A model generated the notes under the pieces. It searched no databases and was not told the DNA's origin. It saw only the letters and a list, made by a program, of their open reading frames with translations. Position numbers and translations under genes: made by a program. A stretch of 64,000 nucleotides of DNA, from NCBI GenBank assembly GCA_902525595.1, contig CABZHO010000002.1, positions 24,395 to 88,394 of the forward strand, read 5' to 3'. Source of the DNA: an uncultured Pelagibacteraceae bacterium (lineage in GTDB: Bacteria; Pseudomonadota; Alphaproteobacteria; Pelagibacterales; AG-422-B15). Positions 9,297 to 19,745 of the stretch are shown one piece after another (within the stretch, counting starts at the first letter, position 1; each line of letters begins with the position of its first letter).

Positions 9297-9446
9297 ATGG
9301 AATTTTTAATATTCATTGCTCTTTGCGTTCTTATTTATATTGTTTATCTTGCTCGCCAAGATTTCAAAGATCATTCTGTGAGAATTGAGAGTCAAATGCA
9401 AAGAGTTACCGAAGTGGTAATCAAAACTCAAGATAAAGAAGAATAG
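9297..9446 (+). CDS. Hypothetical 49-aa single-pass membrane protein (below the ORF-track cutoff)
   Basis: ATG...TAG ORF, MEFLIFIALCVLIYIVYLARQDF..., with one TM helix. A perfect TATAAT (9286-9291) sits 5 nt before the ATG, so the transcript may be leaderless. No SD sequence. Confidence 0.3.
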   Translation: MEFLIFIALCVLIYIVYLARQDFKDHSVRIESQMQRVTEVVIKTQDKEE

Positions 9447-9636
9447 TTTATTTTTTTTTATTCCAATTATTTCTTTTTCTATTTCTAATTAGAGGCGGGT
9501 AAACCCCGCTTGAAATGAATATTTTTACAAATCGCCATTGCAAAAACCAAATCTTTTTTAATACATTTAACATTTATTTACCTAAAAAAATTAATTTTAA
9601 TTCATTAATTTCATAAATTCATTATAAATCACTTGT

Positions 9637-10242
9637 ATGAGCATAGATATTGAAGACTTTAACCATTGGATTGATGCGTGGACCTTCTTTTTTAACAAAG
9701 AAAAAAGTCTCGTTGAATTAGACCCAAATGCAGCTCTCGTTTCTTCAGTAGATAAAGAAGGAAAACCAAATGCAAGAGTTATATTGGTAAAGACCGTTTC
9801 TGAAGAGGGGTTTGTATTTTACACAAACTATGAGTCTCAAAAGGGTGAAGAATTATTTGCGAATTCAAAAGGCCATCTTACTTGGTATAGTAGGGCACAA
9901 GGGGTTTCAATTAGGGTTCAGGGCAAGGTGAAGAAAATTGACCCTAAATTGTCAGATGAATATTTTGCGTCAAGAGATCGAAATGCTCAGATATCAGCAA
10001 ATATTTCTAAGCAATCAAAAAATGTTGAAAGTAGGGAAATTCTTGATCAAGAATTTCAAAGTTTTGAAAAAAAATTTGAAGGTAGAGATATTCCAAGGCC
10101 AGCACACTGGGGTGGTGTAATGATTATGCCCGAAAAAGTAGAAATCTGGAAAAGTCGTGATGATTATAAAACACGGTTGCATGACAGAATAATATTTTCT
10201 TATTCTGAAAATAAATGGAACAAAAGTCGTCTATATCCTTAA
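9637..10242 (+). CDS. pdxH: Pyridoxamine 5'-phosphate oxidase
   Basis: 201 aa. Conserved PNARVILVK, FYTNYESQKG, WGG and RLHDR blocks, with a C-terminal ...RLYP. Confidence 0.85.
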   Translation: MSIDIEDFNHWIDAWTFFFNKEKSLVELDPNAALVSSVDKEGKPNARVILVKTVSEEGFVFYTNYESQKGEELFANSKGHLTWYSRAQGVSIRVQGKVKKIDPKLSDEYFASRDRNAQISANISKQSKNVESREILDQEFQSFEKKFEGRDIPRPAHWGGVMIMPEKVEIWKSRDDYKTRLHDRIIFSYSENKWNKSRLYP

Positions 10243-10727
10243 TGCAAAAAATCTTGATTTCTATCTTTATCATATTGCTCTCGACTGTATTAGTTTTTCC
10301 AAAAGATTTGCCTGTCCCACGATGGGTTTCACTTAAAGGAGATGCTAATTTACGTAAAGGTCCATCAACAGATGCGTCGATAATTTACCGTTATCAACTT
10401 AAAGGTTATCCAATGGAAATCATAAGAGATATTGATGGCTGGCGACAAGTTCGAGATCCTAAAGATGGTGTTACAGGCTGGATGTCACATATTCTTTTTT
10501 CAGGTAAAAGATATGCACTAATAAATAAATTTCCATACAGCTATGGCTACGACAAACCCAATAAGAATAAAATTCTTGTAAAAATAAAGCCATATGTTCA
10601 TGCAAAAATTAATGAGTGTGATTCCAGCTGGTGTAAAATTATAATTGTAAATGATAATAAAGAAGTAAAAGTTTGGATTGAAAAAAATAATTTACTTGGT
10701 GTGTATCCTCATGAAATTATCAATTAA
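10242..10727 (+). CDS. Secreted bacterial SH3-domain protein
   Basis: Signal peptide MQKILISIFIILLSTVLVFP. SH3-like block ANLRKGPSTDASIIYRYQLKGYPMEI..DGWRQV. TAATG overlap with the pdxH stop. Confidence 0.6.
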   Translation: MQKILISIFIILLSTVLVFPKDLPVPRWVSLKGDANLRKGPSTDASIIYRYQLKGYPMEIIRDIDGWRQVRDPKDGVTGWMSHILFSGKRYALINKFPYSYGYDKPNKNKILVKIKPYVHAKINECDSSWCKIIIVNDNKEVKVWIEKNNLLGVYPHEIIN

Positions 10728-10733
10728 TATTAA

Positions 10734-11138
10734 TTGGTGTTAAGAATAATATATATATCACTTTTACTTACCACATATGTTTCTGCCGATATAAAAATTA
10801 GAAAACAAAATGATTTGTATTGTTATGATGGTGACACATGCTATGTAACTTATAAAGGTAAAAATGATAAAGTTCGACTACTTGGGCTTGATACACCAGA
10901 AATTTCAAACCCAAAATGTGAGCAAGAATATGCCCTTGGTATTGACGCACGCAACTTTGTTAATAATTTAATTTCAGAAGGAGTTAGTATTAAATTTAAG
11001 ACTGAATACAATAGAGATTTTTTTGGTAGAATCTTATCTTATATAATTGTAGATGGAGAAAATGTTTCAAAAAAGATGGTCTCAAATGGGTTGGGAGTTA
11101 TATATGATAGAAGTAATAAGAAAGACTGGTGTGAATGA
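10734..11138 (+). CDS. Secreted thermonuclease (SNase) family nuclease
   Basis: YDGDT...VRLLGLDTPE...DFFGRIL...NGLG matches the staphylococcal-nuclease catalytic pattern. Signal peptide present. Start is TTG/GTG. Confidence 0.7.
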   Translation: MVLRIIYISLLLTTYVSADIKIRKQNDLYCYDGDTCYVTYKGKNDKVRLLGLDTPEISNPKCEQEYALGIDARNFVNNLISEGVSIKFKTEYNRDFFGRILSYIIVDGENVSKKMVSNGLGVIYDRSNKKDWCE

Positions 11139-11416
11139 GTGAGGACAACAAACCAGAACAAGACATAGGAAAACTCAGTTATCTGTTAAATCAAATTAAA
11201 GAGCCGATTGTTTGTATTAAGTGTTCTAATGAATTCATGATCGGCCAAACAGATGCAAAATCACTGCAAGATTATTCAAGAATCGATGTAGGTTTTACTA
11301 GCAGAGGTGTCCAATTATGGTGCCAAAGGCATAATATTAATATTTGTCATATTAATTTTAATGGCGAGAAACCCGAGGCTGACTTTAGATGTTTAGAAAA
11401 AAAAGAAAGTAAATGA
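11135..11416 (+). CDS. Hypothetical Cys/His-rich small protein
   Basis: 93 aa with CxxC (CIKC) plus WCQRH..C.H. Its start and stop each overlap the neighbouring gene by 4 nt. Confidence 0.5.
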   Translation: MSEDNKPEQDIGKLSYLLNQIKEPIVCIKCSNEFMIGQTDAKSLQDYSRIDVGFTSRGVQLWCQRHNINICHINFNGEKPEADFRCLEKKESK

Positions 11417-12837
11417 AATATATTTTTTGGGACTTAGAGACATCTACACTAAACGCAGCTTATGGGTCAATAATACAAGCTGCTGCAATTTGCACCGATG
11501 AGGATTTTAATGTTTTAGATCTATTCGATTTAAGAGGCCGTATGAAACGAGAATATCCTGTTCCTTCAGCGAAAGCCTTGTTAGTAAATGGTGTTTCAAT
11601 TGATCAATTAAAAAATCATGAAAACTCAAATTTTAGCCTGATTTCTCAAATGCAAAGTAAATTTCTATCATGGGGAGAGTCATTATTTATTGGATATAAT
11701 TCTATATCGTTTGATGATATGCACTTAAGACAATCTCTTTATCAATCAGCACTCCCACCATATATAACAAATACTAATGGCAATAAAAGAGGCGATGCTA
11801 TGAAGCTATTACACTCTGCTGCTGCGGTTTATCCAAATGCTTTTGTAAGACCTATTGATGATGAGTCAGGAAAAATAACATTTAGACTTGAAAAATTTGC
11901 CGCGGCAAATGGAATTGAACATTCAAAAGCCCATGACGCTCTATCAGATGTAGAAGCAACACTAGGAGTCTGTAAGCTTGTTAAAGAAAAATGTAATGAC
12001 GTATGGGTTAGCGCTTTACAAACAGCATCAAAACAAGATGTATATGAATACGTTAATAAAGATCAAGTTTTTTGCGCAAGCCGTTTTTTTCGAGGAAAAG
12101 AATATACACATGGCCTTGCATATTTAACAAAAGACCCATCATATGAAAATCATGTATACTGTTTTGATTTGACCATCGATCCAGATTATATTTTCGATTT
12201 AGATCGATCTGAATTAAAAAAATTATTTAAAGGAAAGAATAAATGTTTTCATATGATTAAGGCAAATGAACAGCCCATACTTCTAAATGAAGAATATTTA
12301 TATCGTTCAGAGGATTACAAAGATCTCACACCTGACATTGTTAATGAAAGAATGAAAAAAGTTAGGGGTAACAAAAATTTTATTGAAAAATTTACAAATT
12401 TACTTCTTGATAAAGGAGAAGATAGGGAATTAACTCTAGATCAATCCGAAAAATCTCTTGAAGAGCAGATATATAATGGGTTTCCAAGCTCTAAAGACAA
12501 TTATTTGATGTCAGACTTTCATGCTGCTGAGTGGGAAAAAAAATACGAAATAGCAGAAAAAATTTCTGATATTCGGTCAAGAGAATTTGCAAAAAGAGTA
12601 ATTTATAACGAAAAACCCGAATATTTACCCAAAAAAGAAATTCGTAGACGAGAGAAAGAAATTGCTGAAAAAATATTATCCATGGACAAATGCACATGGA
12701 ACACCATTCCAGCAGCAATGAATGAAATTGATAATTTAAGAGAAAGTGATGAAGAAATTGATATGAATCGCTTAGAAGAAATAGATGCTTATATTCAAGA
12801 ATTAGACGAATATCACAGAGCGAAATTAGATGGATAG
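11413..12837 (+). CDS. sbcB: Exodeoxyribonuclease I
   Basis: 474 aa. DEDDh motifs WDLETS, GYNSISFDD and HDALSDVEA. Size typical of ExoI. Confidence 0.8.
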   Translation: MKYIFWDLETSTLNAAYGSIIQAAAICTDEDFNVLDLFDLRGRMKREYPVPSAKALLVNGVSIDQLKNHENSNFSLISQMQSKFLSWGESLFIGYNSISFDDMHLRQSLYQSALPPYITNTNGNKRGDAMKLLHSAAAVYPNAFVRPIDDESGKITFRLEKFAAANGIEHSKAHDALSDVEATLGVCKLVKEKCNDVWVSALQTASKQDVYEYVNKDQVFCASRFFRGKEYTHGLAYLTKDPSYENHVYCFDLTIDPDYIFDLDRSELKKLFKGKNKCFHMIKANEQPILLNEEYLYRSEDYKDLTPDIVNERMKKVRGNKNFIEKFTNLLLDKGEDRELTLDQSEKSLEEQIYNGFPSSKDNYLMSDFHAAEWEKKYEIAEKISDIRSREFAKRVIYNEKPEYLPKKEIRRREKEIAEKILSMDKCTWNTIPAAMNEIDNLRESDEEIDMNRLEEIDAYIQELDEYHRAKLDG

Positions 12838-13825
12838 TATTTTGACAATAATTATATTTTTACTTGGTATAGCTATCGGGAGTCTAATTACATATTTTTT
12901 TACAACTAAAAGAAAAAATCACGATGAAGTAGATAACCTGTCTGATGTGAAGGATTTAGTAAAAGACTTAAGTAATAAAATATCAATTAAGGAGGGCAAA
13001 GACGAAGAGCGATATGATATGGTCAATCGATTAACTTCTGCATTCACTGGCGGCTCTAAATTACAAGGCGCAGCTGGAGAAATTTTGCTTATAAATATCT
13101 TACAACAATCAGGTTTAAGAGATGGAAAAGATTTCGATGTTCAAAAAAAATTTGATAATGAAATTGATGGAGAACTAAAAAGAAAATATCCAGATATTAT
13201 TTTACATTTACCTGACAACAGAGATATTGTGATTGATTCAAAAGTTTCTCTTAGTGCATGGCAAGACTACTGTAACTCTGAAGATCCTCTAATCAAACAA
13301 GACTCATATAAAAGGCATATTCAATCAATACGCAATCATATAAAAAAACTGAGCGATGCTAATTATCAAAAAATATATGAAATAAAAACATTGGATGCAG
13401 TCATTATGTTTATGCCTTACGAGAGTGCGTTTGATTCAATGCTTGATAAGGTTGAAGATATTATTCTTGAAGCAAATAAATATAAAATAATATTAGCAAG
13501 TCCGTCTACTTTAATATCGGTATTAAAAATTATTGATAGCATGTGGTCTATCAATGAGCGAAATAAGAACGCAGACTTAATAGCAGGAACAGCACTTGAA
13601 GTTTATGCTCAAGTAGAAAAAGTATACAGCGCATTTGAAAACGCAGGTTATGAGTTGACTAAATCTATGGGATCAATAGAAACGGCAAAAAGTAGATTGA
13701 GGGACGGAAAAGGTAGCCTAGTCTCCCGAGTTAAAAAAATGATTAAATTAGGTGGTTTGAGGCCAGATAAAGTGATTCCTGATACAGAAGAAATTTCATC
13801 CACAAAAATAAAAAAAATAAATTAA
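12830..13825 (+). CDS. rmuC: DNA recombination protein RmuC
   Basis: N-terminal TM helix. The conserved RmuC core (PDIILHLPDNRDIVIDSKVSL, MFMPYES) matches the family pattern. Confidence 0.8.
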   Translation: MDSILTIIIFLLGIAIGSLITYFFTTKRKNHDEVDNLSDVKDLVKDLSNKISIKEGKDEERYDMVNRLTSAFTGGSKLQGAAGEILLINILQQSGLRDGKDFDVQKKFDNEIDGELKRKYPDIILHLPDNRDIVIDSKVSLSAWQDYCNSEDPLIKQDSYKRHIQSIRNHIKKLSDANYQKIYEIKTLDAVIMFMPYESAFDSMLDKVEDIILEANKYKIILASPSTLISVLKIIDSMWSINERNKNADLIAGTALEVYAQVEKVYSAFENAGYELTKSMGSIETAKSRLRDGKGSLVSRVKKMIKLGGLRPDKVIPDTEEISSTKIKKIN

Positions 13826-13863
13826 TATCAGTACTTTAGAGGTTTATTGTTCTTTATTTAGCC

Positions 13864-13892
13864 TTGACTTTAAGCCTCCTCATACATAAATT
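13864..13892 (+). promoter_or_regulatory. Candidate sigma-70-type promoter of trxA
   Basis: TTGACT (13864-13869), 17-nt spacer, TAAATT (13887-13892). GAGGGAG SD sequence precedes the ATG at 13920. Confidence 0.3.
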
Positions 13893-13919
13893 ACAAACAA
13901 CTTAAGAGAGGGAGTCAAA

Positions 13920-14243
13920 ATGGCAACTATAAATATAACAGATGCATCTTTTGAAGAGGATGTTTTAAAATCAGATAAGCCAGTTGTGCTAGATTTTTGG
14001 GCACCATGGTGTGGCCCTTGCAAAATGATCGGTCCTTCACTTGAAGAAATTTCAGACGAGATGGCTGATAAAATCACTGTTGCAAAAATCAATATTGATG
14101 AAAATCCGACTACACCGACAAAGTTTGGCGTAAGAGGAATCCCAACTATGTTGGTTTTTAAAAATGGCGAAGCAGCAGCAACTAAAGTCGGAGCTGTATC
14201 AAAAACTGCAATCGTAGAGTGGATTGAAGATTCAATCGCTTAA
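13920..14243 (+). CDS. trxA: Thioredoxin
   Basis: 107 aa with WCGPC active site and a full-length thioredoxin pattern. Confidence 0.95.
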   Translation: MATINITDASFEEDVLKSDKPVVLDFWAPWCGPCKMIGPSLEEISDEMADKITVAKINIDENPTTPTKFGVRGIPTMLVFKNGEAAATKVGAVSKTAIVEWIEDSIA

Positions 14244-15526
14244 TTCATTGATAAAACTTTTCCAGCTAAATAGAGAGATCCACATATAAGAATTCTTACA
14301 TTCTTATAATTGCTGTTTATTGATTTAAGCGCATCTTTCACGGAATTAGCTTCATTTATATTTTTGTAGTATCTATTGAGTTTCGATCGCAATTCACTTG
14401 AGGAAATTGCATTCTCTTCGTCAGGTATAGTAATCACCGTGAGAGTATCAATATTTGTAAATTGACTAAGATAACTAATTGGATCTTTAGTATTAATCAT
14501 ACCTAGAATAACACATAATTTCTTCTGAGGAAGTTGGTTCAATGAGTTATTGAGATTTCTTGCAGCATCCTCATTATGAGAACCATCTAAATATAATTCA
14601 TTAGAGGGATCTAAAATAGATACCAACGGACCTTTAGTTATTTTTTCCATTCTTCCTGGAAAATTAATTTTGTTATGAAGACCTTTTGAAAAGAAGGAAT
14701 TCACATTAATTAGAGGTAGTTTAGATAGAGTTGCAATTGCAAGGCCTAAATTTTTTTTTTGAAAATTATTGTGTTTTTCTAAATTATTAAACTTTATTTC
14801 GTTTTGGCTATCTTCATAAACAAGAGAATTTTTATATTCTATTAAATTCCAATGTATTCCATGTGCAAAAACTGGAGCCTTTTTATATTCTGCTTGGTCT
14901 ATTAAGATTTCTTTTGCTTCTGGGTAAGGTTGATAACCAATAATTAATGGGACCTTGTTTTTTATAATGCCTGATTTCTCAAATGCAATCATCTCAACGC
15001 TATCGCCTAAAAAATCTTGATGATCCATGGAAACCGAAGAAATTATCGATATTTTTGGGGTTATTACATTACTGCTATCTAACCTTCCTCCTAAACCTAC
15101 TTCTAAGAGAGTAAAGTCCGCAGGGTTTTTGGATGCCATCTCAAAAAAAGCAGCTGTCGTAATCTCAAAGAATGTTATTGGATCATTTTGATTAATATCT
15201 TTTACTTTTTCTAAAACATTACAAAGAGCTTCATTTGAAACTTCTTTATCCATGAGCTGAAATCTTTCATTAAATCTAACGAGGTGTGGTGAGATATAGG
15301 CATTCGTTGAATAGTTACTAAACCTCAGTATTTCTTGTATAAACTTTAGTGTTGAAAATTTACCATTAGTACCAGCGATGTGTAATATGTTTTTTATTTT
15401 ATATTCAGGATTATCTAATTTTGTCAGTAAATTTTTTATTCTACCAAGTGAGAGATCAATTTTTTTTGGATGTAGAGATAGTAACTCGTTTAAAAGATTA
15501 TCAATTTGATTATTAGATATATTCAA
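14240..15526 (-). CDS. folC: Bifunctional folylpolyglutamate synthase/dihydrofolate synthase
   Basis: 428 aa. P-loop GTNGKFST. Mur-ligase family layout. Lies downstream of accD, as in other proteobacteria. Confidence 0.85.
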   Translation of the reverse strand: MNISNNQIDNLLNELLSLHPKKIDLSLGRIKNLLTKLDNPEYKIKNILHIAGTNGKFSTLKFIQEILRFSNYSTNAYISPHLVRFNERFQLMDKEVSNEALCNVLEKVKDINQNDPITFFEITTAAFFEMASKNPADFTLLEVGLGGRLDSSNVITPKISIISSVSMDHQDFLGDSVEMIAFEKSGIIKNKVPLIIGYQPYPEAKEILIDQAEYKKAPVFAHGIHWNLIEYKNSLVYEDSQNEIKFNNLEKHNNFQKKNLGLAIATLSKLPLINVNSFFSKGLHNKINFPGRMEKITKGPLVSILDPSNELYLDGSHNEDAARNLNNSLNQLPQKKLCVILGMINTKDPISYLSQFTNIDTLTVITIPDEENAISSSELRSKLNRYYKNINEANSVKDALKSINSNYKNVRILICGSLYLAGKVLSMN

Positions 15527-16381
15527 TTAGGCTACTCTCTTGAGTAAAAGAGAAATTATTTGTGAAAGTTTAGCTTTAATATCTTTTCTGTGCACAACTT
15601 GATCAATAAAGCCGTGTTCAAGTAGATACTCTGATCTCTGAAAGCCAGCAGGTAAGGTTTCACCCACAGTATTGGATATTACTCTTGGTCCCGCAAAGCA
15701 TATTAAGGCATTTGGTTCAGCTAAAGTTATTGAACCTAATGATCCAAAAGATGCTGTAACACCTCCACTAGTGGGGTTTGTATTGATAACAATGTACGGC
15801 AGTTTTGCATCCTTTACCATTTGGCACGCAATAGTTGTTTTTGGCAAGGATTGCAAAGATTGCTGGTTTTCATCCATTCTTGCTCCTCCCGAGCAAGTGA
15901 AAACGACTAAGGGAGATTGATTAGATACAGAATGTTCAGCTGCTTTAATCATAGCTTCGGCAGCAGATGCACCTACTGAACCGCCCATAAAATGGAAGTT
16001 CTGTGCCGCAATGGTTACATTCATATCATCAATCTTACCCGATCCAATTAGAAAGCAGTCATCCATGTCGGTTTTCGCCTTTGCATCATTAAATCGCTCT
16101 TTATAAGTTTTTAAAGCTTTGAAATTTAATGGGTCAGTAAATCCTGATGGATATTTTATTTCTTCGTATACTCCGCCATCGAATAGATATTTGAAACGCG
16201 TGCGTGGGTGAATCTGTAAATGTTCATCACAATTAGGGCAAACAAATAAGGTTTTTTCAAGATCACTTGAATATAGCATTGACTGGCATTGTGGACATTT
16301 TATCCAGGCATTTTCAGCAATATCTAAGCTTTTTTTCTTTTTAGGAAATACTTTCGAAATTGTTCTTGTTAGCCAGTTCAT
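15527..16381 (-). CDS. accD: Acetyl-CoA carboxylase carboxyltransferase beta subunit
   Basis: N-terminal Zn ribbon CPQC...CPNC. Carboxyltransferase domain with GGSVG/GGARM blocks. Confidence 0.9.
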   Translation of the reverse strand: MNWLTRTISKVFPKKKKSLDIAENAWIKCPQCQSMLYSSDLEKTLFVCPNCDEHLQIHPRTRFKYLFDGGVYEEIKYPSGFTDPLNFKALKTYKERFNDAKAKTDMDDCFLIGSGKIDDMNVTIAAQNFHFMGGSVGASAAEAMIKAAEHSVSNQSPLVVFTCSGGARMDENQQSLQSLPKTTIACQMVKDAKLPYIVINTNPTSGGVTASFGSLGSITLAEPNALICFAGPRVISNTVGETLPAGFQRSEYLLEHGFIDQVVHRKDIKAKLSQIISLLLKRVA

Positions 16382-17184
16382 GAATTTAAATTATCTTTTA
16401 GCTGTCTCACCATTGACCCAACATTTATGGCAGGATTAAGTTCCTTATTTATAGAATTTGATATTTCTCGACATAATGCAGATCCAACAACACACGCATC
16501 TGTTTTTTTAAAATCATTAATTGTGTCAGCAGTTATTCCAAACCCAATAATACATTTTTTTTCAGGAGATAATTTTTTGATTAATTGAAAGCGTTCAATG
16601 ATCTCATTTGAGCTAACTTTTAATTTCTGACCAGTAGTTGAAAGCATCGATATATAGTAAACAACATCATGGGCATCATTTAAAATTTTATTTAGCCTTT
16701 CCTCATTTGTTGTAGGACATAGCAACTGAATGAAAGTTATGCTATTTTTTTTACATTTATCAGAAAACTTTAAATTTAAAGGCCATGGCCAATCTACACA
16801 TATTATACCTGATACTTGGCTTTCACGACATTTCTCTAAAAATTTTTCTTCACCATATGACATAATTTTATTTTGATATGTCATTATTATTACATCAATT
16901 TCTGACTCATCTTTAAAATCTTTTATTATATCAAAGACATCATCTGTTCTTATGCCTCCTGATAAAGCCCTATAAGTGCTGTCCTGGATTGCCCCTCCAT
17001 CACCAATATTAGCTCCGTGACCTAAGCCACATTCAATAATATCAACCCCAGATTTTGCAATTTCACGAAAAATTTCAAGTGAAATGCTTTTATTAGGGTC
17101 ACCCCCAACAGTATATGTTAATAGTGCTGCTCTATTTTTTTTCTCTGCATTCACAAAAGATTTATATAATGTTTCTGAACTCAT
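16378..17184 (-). CDS. trpA: Tryptophan synthase alpha chain
   Basis: 268 aa. Position in the trpF-trpB-trpA array; TIM-barrel TrpA-like blocks. Confidence 0.8.
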   Translation of the reverse strand: MSSETLYKSFVNAEKKNRAALLTYTVGGDPNKSISLEIFREIAKSGVDIIECGLGHGANIGDGGAIQDSTYRALSGGIRTDDVFDIIKDFKDESEIDVIIMTYQNKIMSYGEEKFLEKCRESQVSGIICVDWPWPLNLKFSDKCKKNSITFIQLLCPTTNEERLNKILNDAHDVVYYISMLSTTGQKLKVSSNEIIERFQLIKKLSPEKKCIIGFGITADTINDFKKTDACVVGSALCREISNSINKELNPAINVGSMVRQLKDNLNS

Positions 17185-18413
17185 ATTTTGTAACCTAATC
17201 TTTCAGCGATAATTTTGGAGTCTTTCGCTGAATCACCACATGAGTCGACGACAATTATCGTATCTTTGCTTAGCGTAGGCGCTATCTTGATTGCTTCAGC
17301 AAATGCATGCGATGGTTCAAGAGAAGGACTGACAAAACCCTCATTTTTGCTTACCAATTGAAATGCTTCAATTGCCTCTTCATCAGTTGCAGAAGTATAT
17401 CTAGCTCTACCTGCTTCTTTTAAAAAACAGTGAAGTGGGCTGACACCGGGATAATCTAATCCAGCACTTATAGACTCAGTTTCTTCAATTTCTCCATCAT
17501 TATCTTGAATGACATATTGCGTTGCCCCATGAAGAACTCCTAGAGGGGAGTCATTTGTTAGCGGAGCAGCATGTTTTTTTGATCCCTCTGGACCTCCAGC
17601 TTCTACCCCAATCAGTTCAACATTGTCATAATCAATCCATTCATTCCAAAAACCTGCCGCAGAAGACCCACCACCAACGCAGTTGATTAATTTCATATCC
17701 TTTGGTACTTCACCAAATTCATCTATAACCTGTTTTTTCATTTCCCTTGAAATTTGAGCTGTCGACCAAGCACATATTTTTACAAATATAGTGGGACCAA
17801 CAGTACTGCCAACACACATGTGAGAATCTTCATTTTCACTTGTCCACCATCTCATACATTCGGATACTGCATCTACAAGGGTTTGGGAGCCAGAATTAAC
17901 TGGCACAATATCAGCACCATAACTTCTCATTGAAAATACATTAATCGATTGTCTTTCTATATCCTTTGCACCCATGAATATTTTGCATTTCAAATTAAAT
18001 TTAGCTGCGGCCATGCTTAGCATTTTTCCAGCGTACCCTGCACCTGTGTCTCCACCAATGTAAGTTTTTCCTAATCTTCTACAGATAAGACTATGGACTA
18101 CAGCATTATAAGCTTTATGAGCACCACCAGTAGCTTTTGATACAAGTTTGCAGTATATCTGAGCTCCCCCAAGATACTTTGTTAAATTTTCAAGTTTTAT
18201 AAATGGAGTAGGGGCACCAATAAAATTTTTAAAATAATAGTCTCTCTCTTTAATAAAAGTATCGTCTTGTCTTAATTTCTCAAATTCGTTTTCAAGTTCT
18301 TCAATTGGGTGGTTTAGACTCTCAGCAATCTGATTGCCACCAAACTTACCACCCCAGTATCCGTTTTCATCATGTTGATCAATTAAGGGAACACCTTTTT
18401 GTAATTGTATCAT
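17181..18413 (-). CDS. trpB: Tryptophan synthase beta chain
   Basis: 410 aa. PLP-lysine block TGGAHK, plus GAGYAG, GGGSSAAG and LIGVEAGG. Confidence 0.9.
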   Translation of the reverse strand: MIQLQKGVPLIDQHDENGYWGGKFGGNQIAESLNHPIEELENEFEKLRQDDTFIKERDYYFKNFIGAPTPFIKLENLTKYLGGAQIYCKLVSKATGGAHKAYNAVVHSLICRRLGKTYIGGDTGAGYAGKMLSMAAAKFNLKCKIFMGAKDIERQSINVFSMRSYGADIVPVNSGSQTLVDAVSECMRWWTSENEDSHMCVGSTVGPTIFVKICAWSTAQISREMKKQVIDEFGEVPKDMKLINCVGGGSSAAGFWNEWIDYDNVELIGVEAGGPEGSKKHAAPLTNDSPLGVLHGATQYVIQDNDGEIEETESISAGLDYPGVSPLHCFLKEAGRARYTSATDEEAIEAFQLVSKNEGFVSPSLEPSHAFAEAIKIAPTLSKDTIIVVDSCGDSAKDSKIIAERLGYKI

Positions 18414-19048
18414 AGAACACTTTTTGCTTTATTAATGAATTCAGTTATTAATCGTTTATCTTTTATACCTTCTGAATTCTCAACTCCAGAACTAACATCA
18501 AAATAATTAGTTTTTTTCATTAATATTGCTCTCTCAATATTATCAATATTTAGACCACCTGATAGAAAGAAATTTTTTTTGAGTGAAATTTCGCTAATTA
18601 TATCCCAATTGAATGTTTTTCCTGTTCCGCCTAGCAATCCAACTGTCGAACCTGAGTCTAATAAAATTGAGTCAATAAAATTGCTATAATCGTTAATTTT
18701 ATTTAGATCATTTAAAGATGAAATTCCAAAAGCTTTAATTACATTAAAACTATAATTTTCACTTACTTTTCTTGTAAATTCTATATTCTCATTTCCATGA
18801 AGTTGAATATTATTAAATCCTAATTTAGCTAATTCATCTAATTGTTTGAAGCTTGGATTAACTACAACAGCGACTGGTTTATCCTTGTCATCTATATTTG
18901 CTAAAATGTCTCTGCATTTGTCAATTGAAATATTTCGATGAGAATTTTCATAAAAAATAAATCCTAAATATTTGGCCCCAGCATGAATTGCATGATTTGC
19001 AATTTCAAAATCTTTGATACCGCAAATTTTTATATAAACATTACTCAC
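18410..19048 (-). CDS. trpF: Phosphoribosylanthranilate isomerase
   Basis: 212 aa starting IKICGI. TIM-barrel TrpF pattern. Overlaps trpB by 4 nt. Confidence 0.8.
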   Translation of the reverse strand: MSNVYIKICGIKDFEIANHAIHAGAKYLGFIFYENSHRNISIDKCRDILANIDDKDKPVAVVVNPSFKQLDELAKLGFNNIQLHGNENIEFTRKVSENYSFNVIKAFGISSLNDLNKINDYSNFIDSILLDSGSTVGLLGGTGKTFNWDIISEISLKKNFFLSGGLNIDNIERAILMKKTNYFDVSSGVENSEGIKDKRLITEFINKAKSVL

Positions 19049-19737
19049 ATTAATTCGTTGTAAAGATTTTGTGCTGCAGTTGATGGATCTTCAGAATGAG
19101 TGATGGGTCTTCCAACTACAATGACGTCTGCACCTTTTTCAATGGCATCTTTTGCGGATAAAGTTCTTTTTTGGTCATTGCTTTTATCGCTTTGCCCTCT
19201 AATACCAGGAGTAATTATTTTTAAATTTCCCTGAAAAGAACTTTTAATATTTTCAATTTCTTTAGGACTACACACGATGCCATCCATACCACACTCAAAT
19301 GCAAGTTCAGATAATATTTTAACCTCTTCTTTAATAGCACGATCTATCCCTATTTTATGCAACCCTTGATTGTCGAAACTAGTCAGCATTGTGACACCAA
19401 TTAAATTTGTTTTACTATTAAGCTCATTTTTAATTCTAACACAATTTTCTAACATTTCCGCTCCACCTGATATGTGTAATGTTGTATATAAAGGCTCAAA
19501 ATTCATTATATTTTTCAGAGATTTTTCAACTGTTGCGGGAATATCATAGAGCTTTAAGTCTATGAAAAGAGGAATATCATATTTTTTAATTTGCTCGATT
19601 CCCGAAAGACCACAAGATGTAAAAAATTCTAGACCTAATTTAATACCACCAATATATGGTGCAACTTTCTCAATAATTGATTTAGCATTTTCAAGATCGC
19701 TTGTATCGACCGCGCAATAAATAGGATTTTTATTCAA
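19045..19737 (-). CDS. pyrF: Orotidine 5'-phosphate decarboxylase
   Basis: 230 aa. Conserved DLKLYDIP and VVGRPI blocks. Confidence 0.85.
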   Translation of the reverse strand: MNKNPIYCAVDTSDLENAKSIIEKVAPYIGGIKLGLEFFTSCGLSGIEQIKKYDIPLFIDLKLYDIPATVEKSLKNIMNFEPLYTTLHISGGAEMLENCVRIKNELNSKTNLIGVTMLTSFDNQGLHKIGIDRAIKEEVKILSELAFECGMDGIVCSPKEIENIKSSFQGNLKIITPGIRGQSDKSNDQKRTLSAKDAIEKGADVIVVGRPITHSEDPSTAAQNLYNELM

Positions 19738-19745
19738 AACCGATT

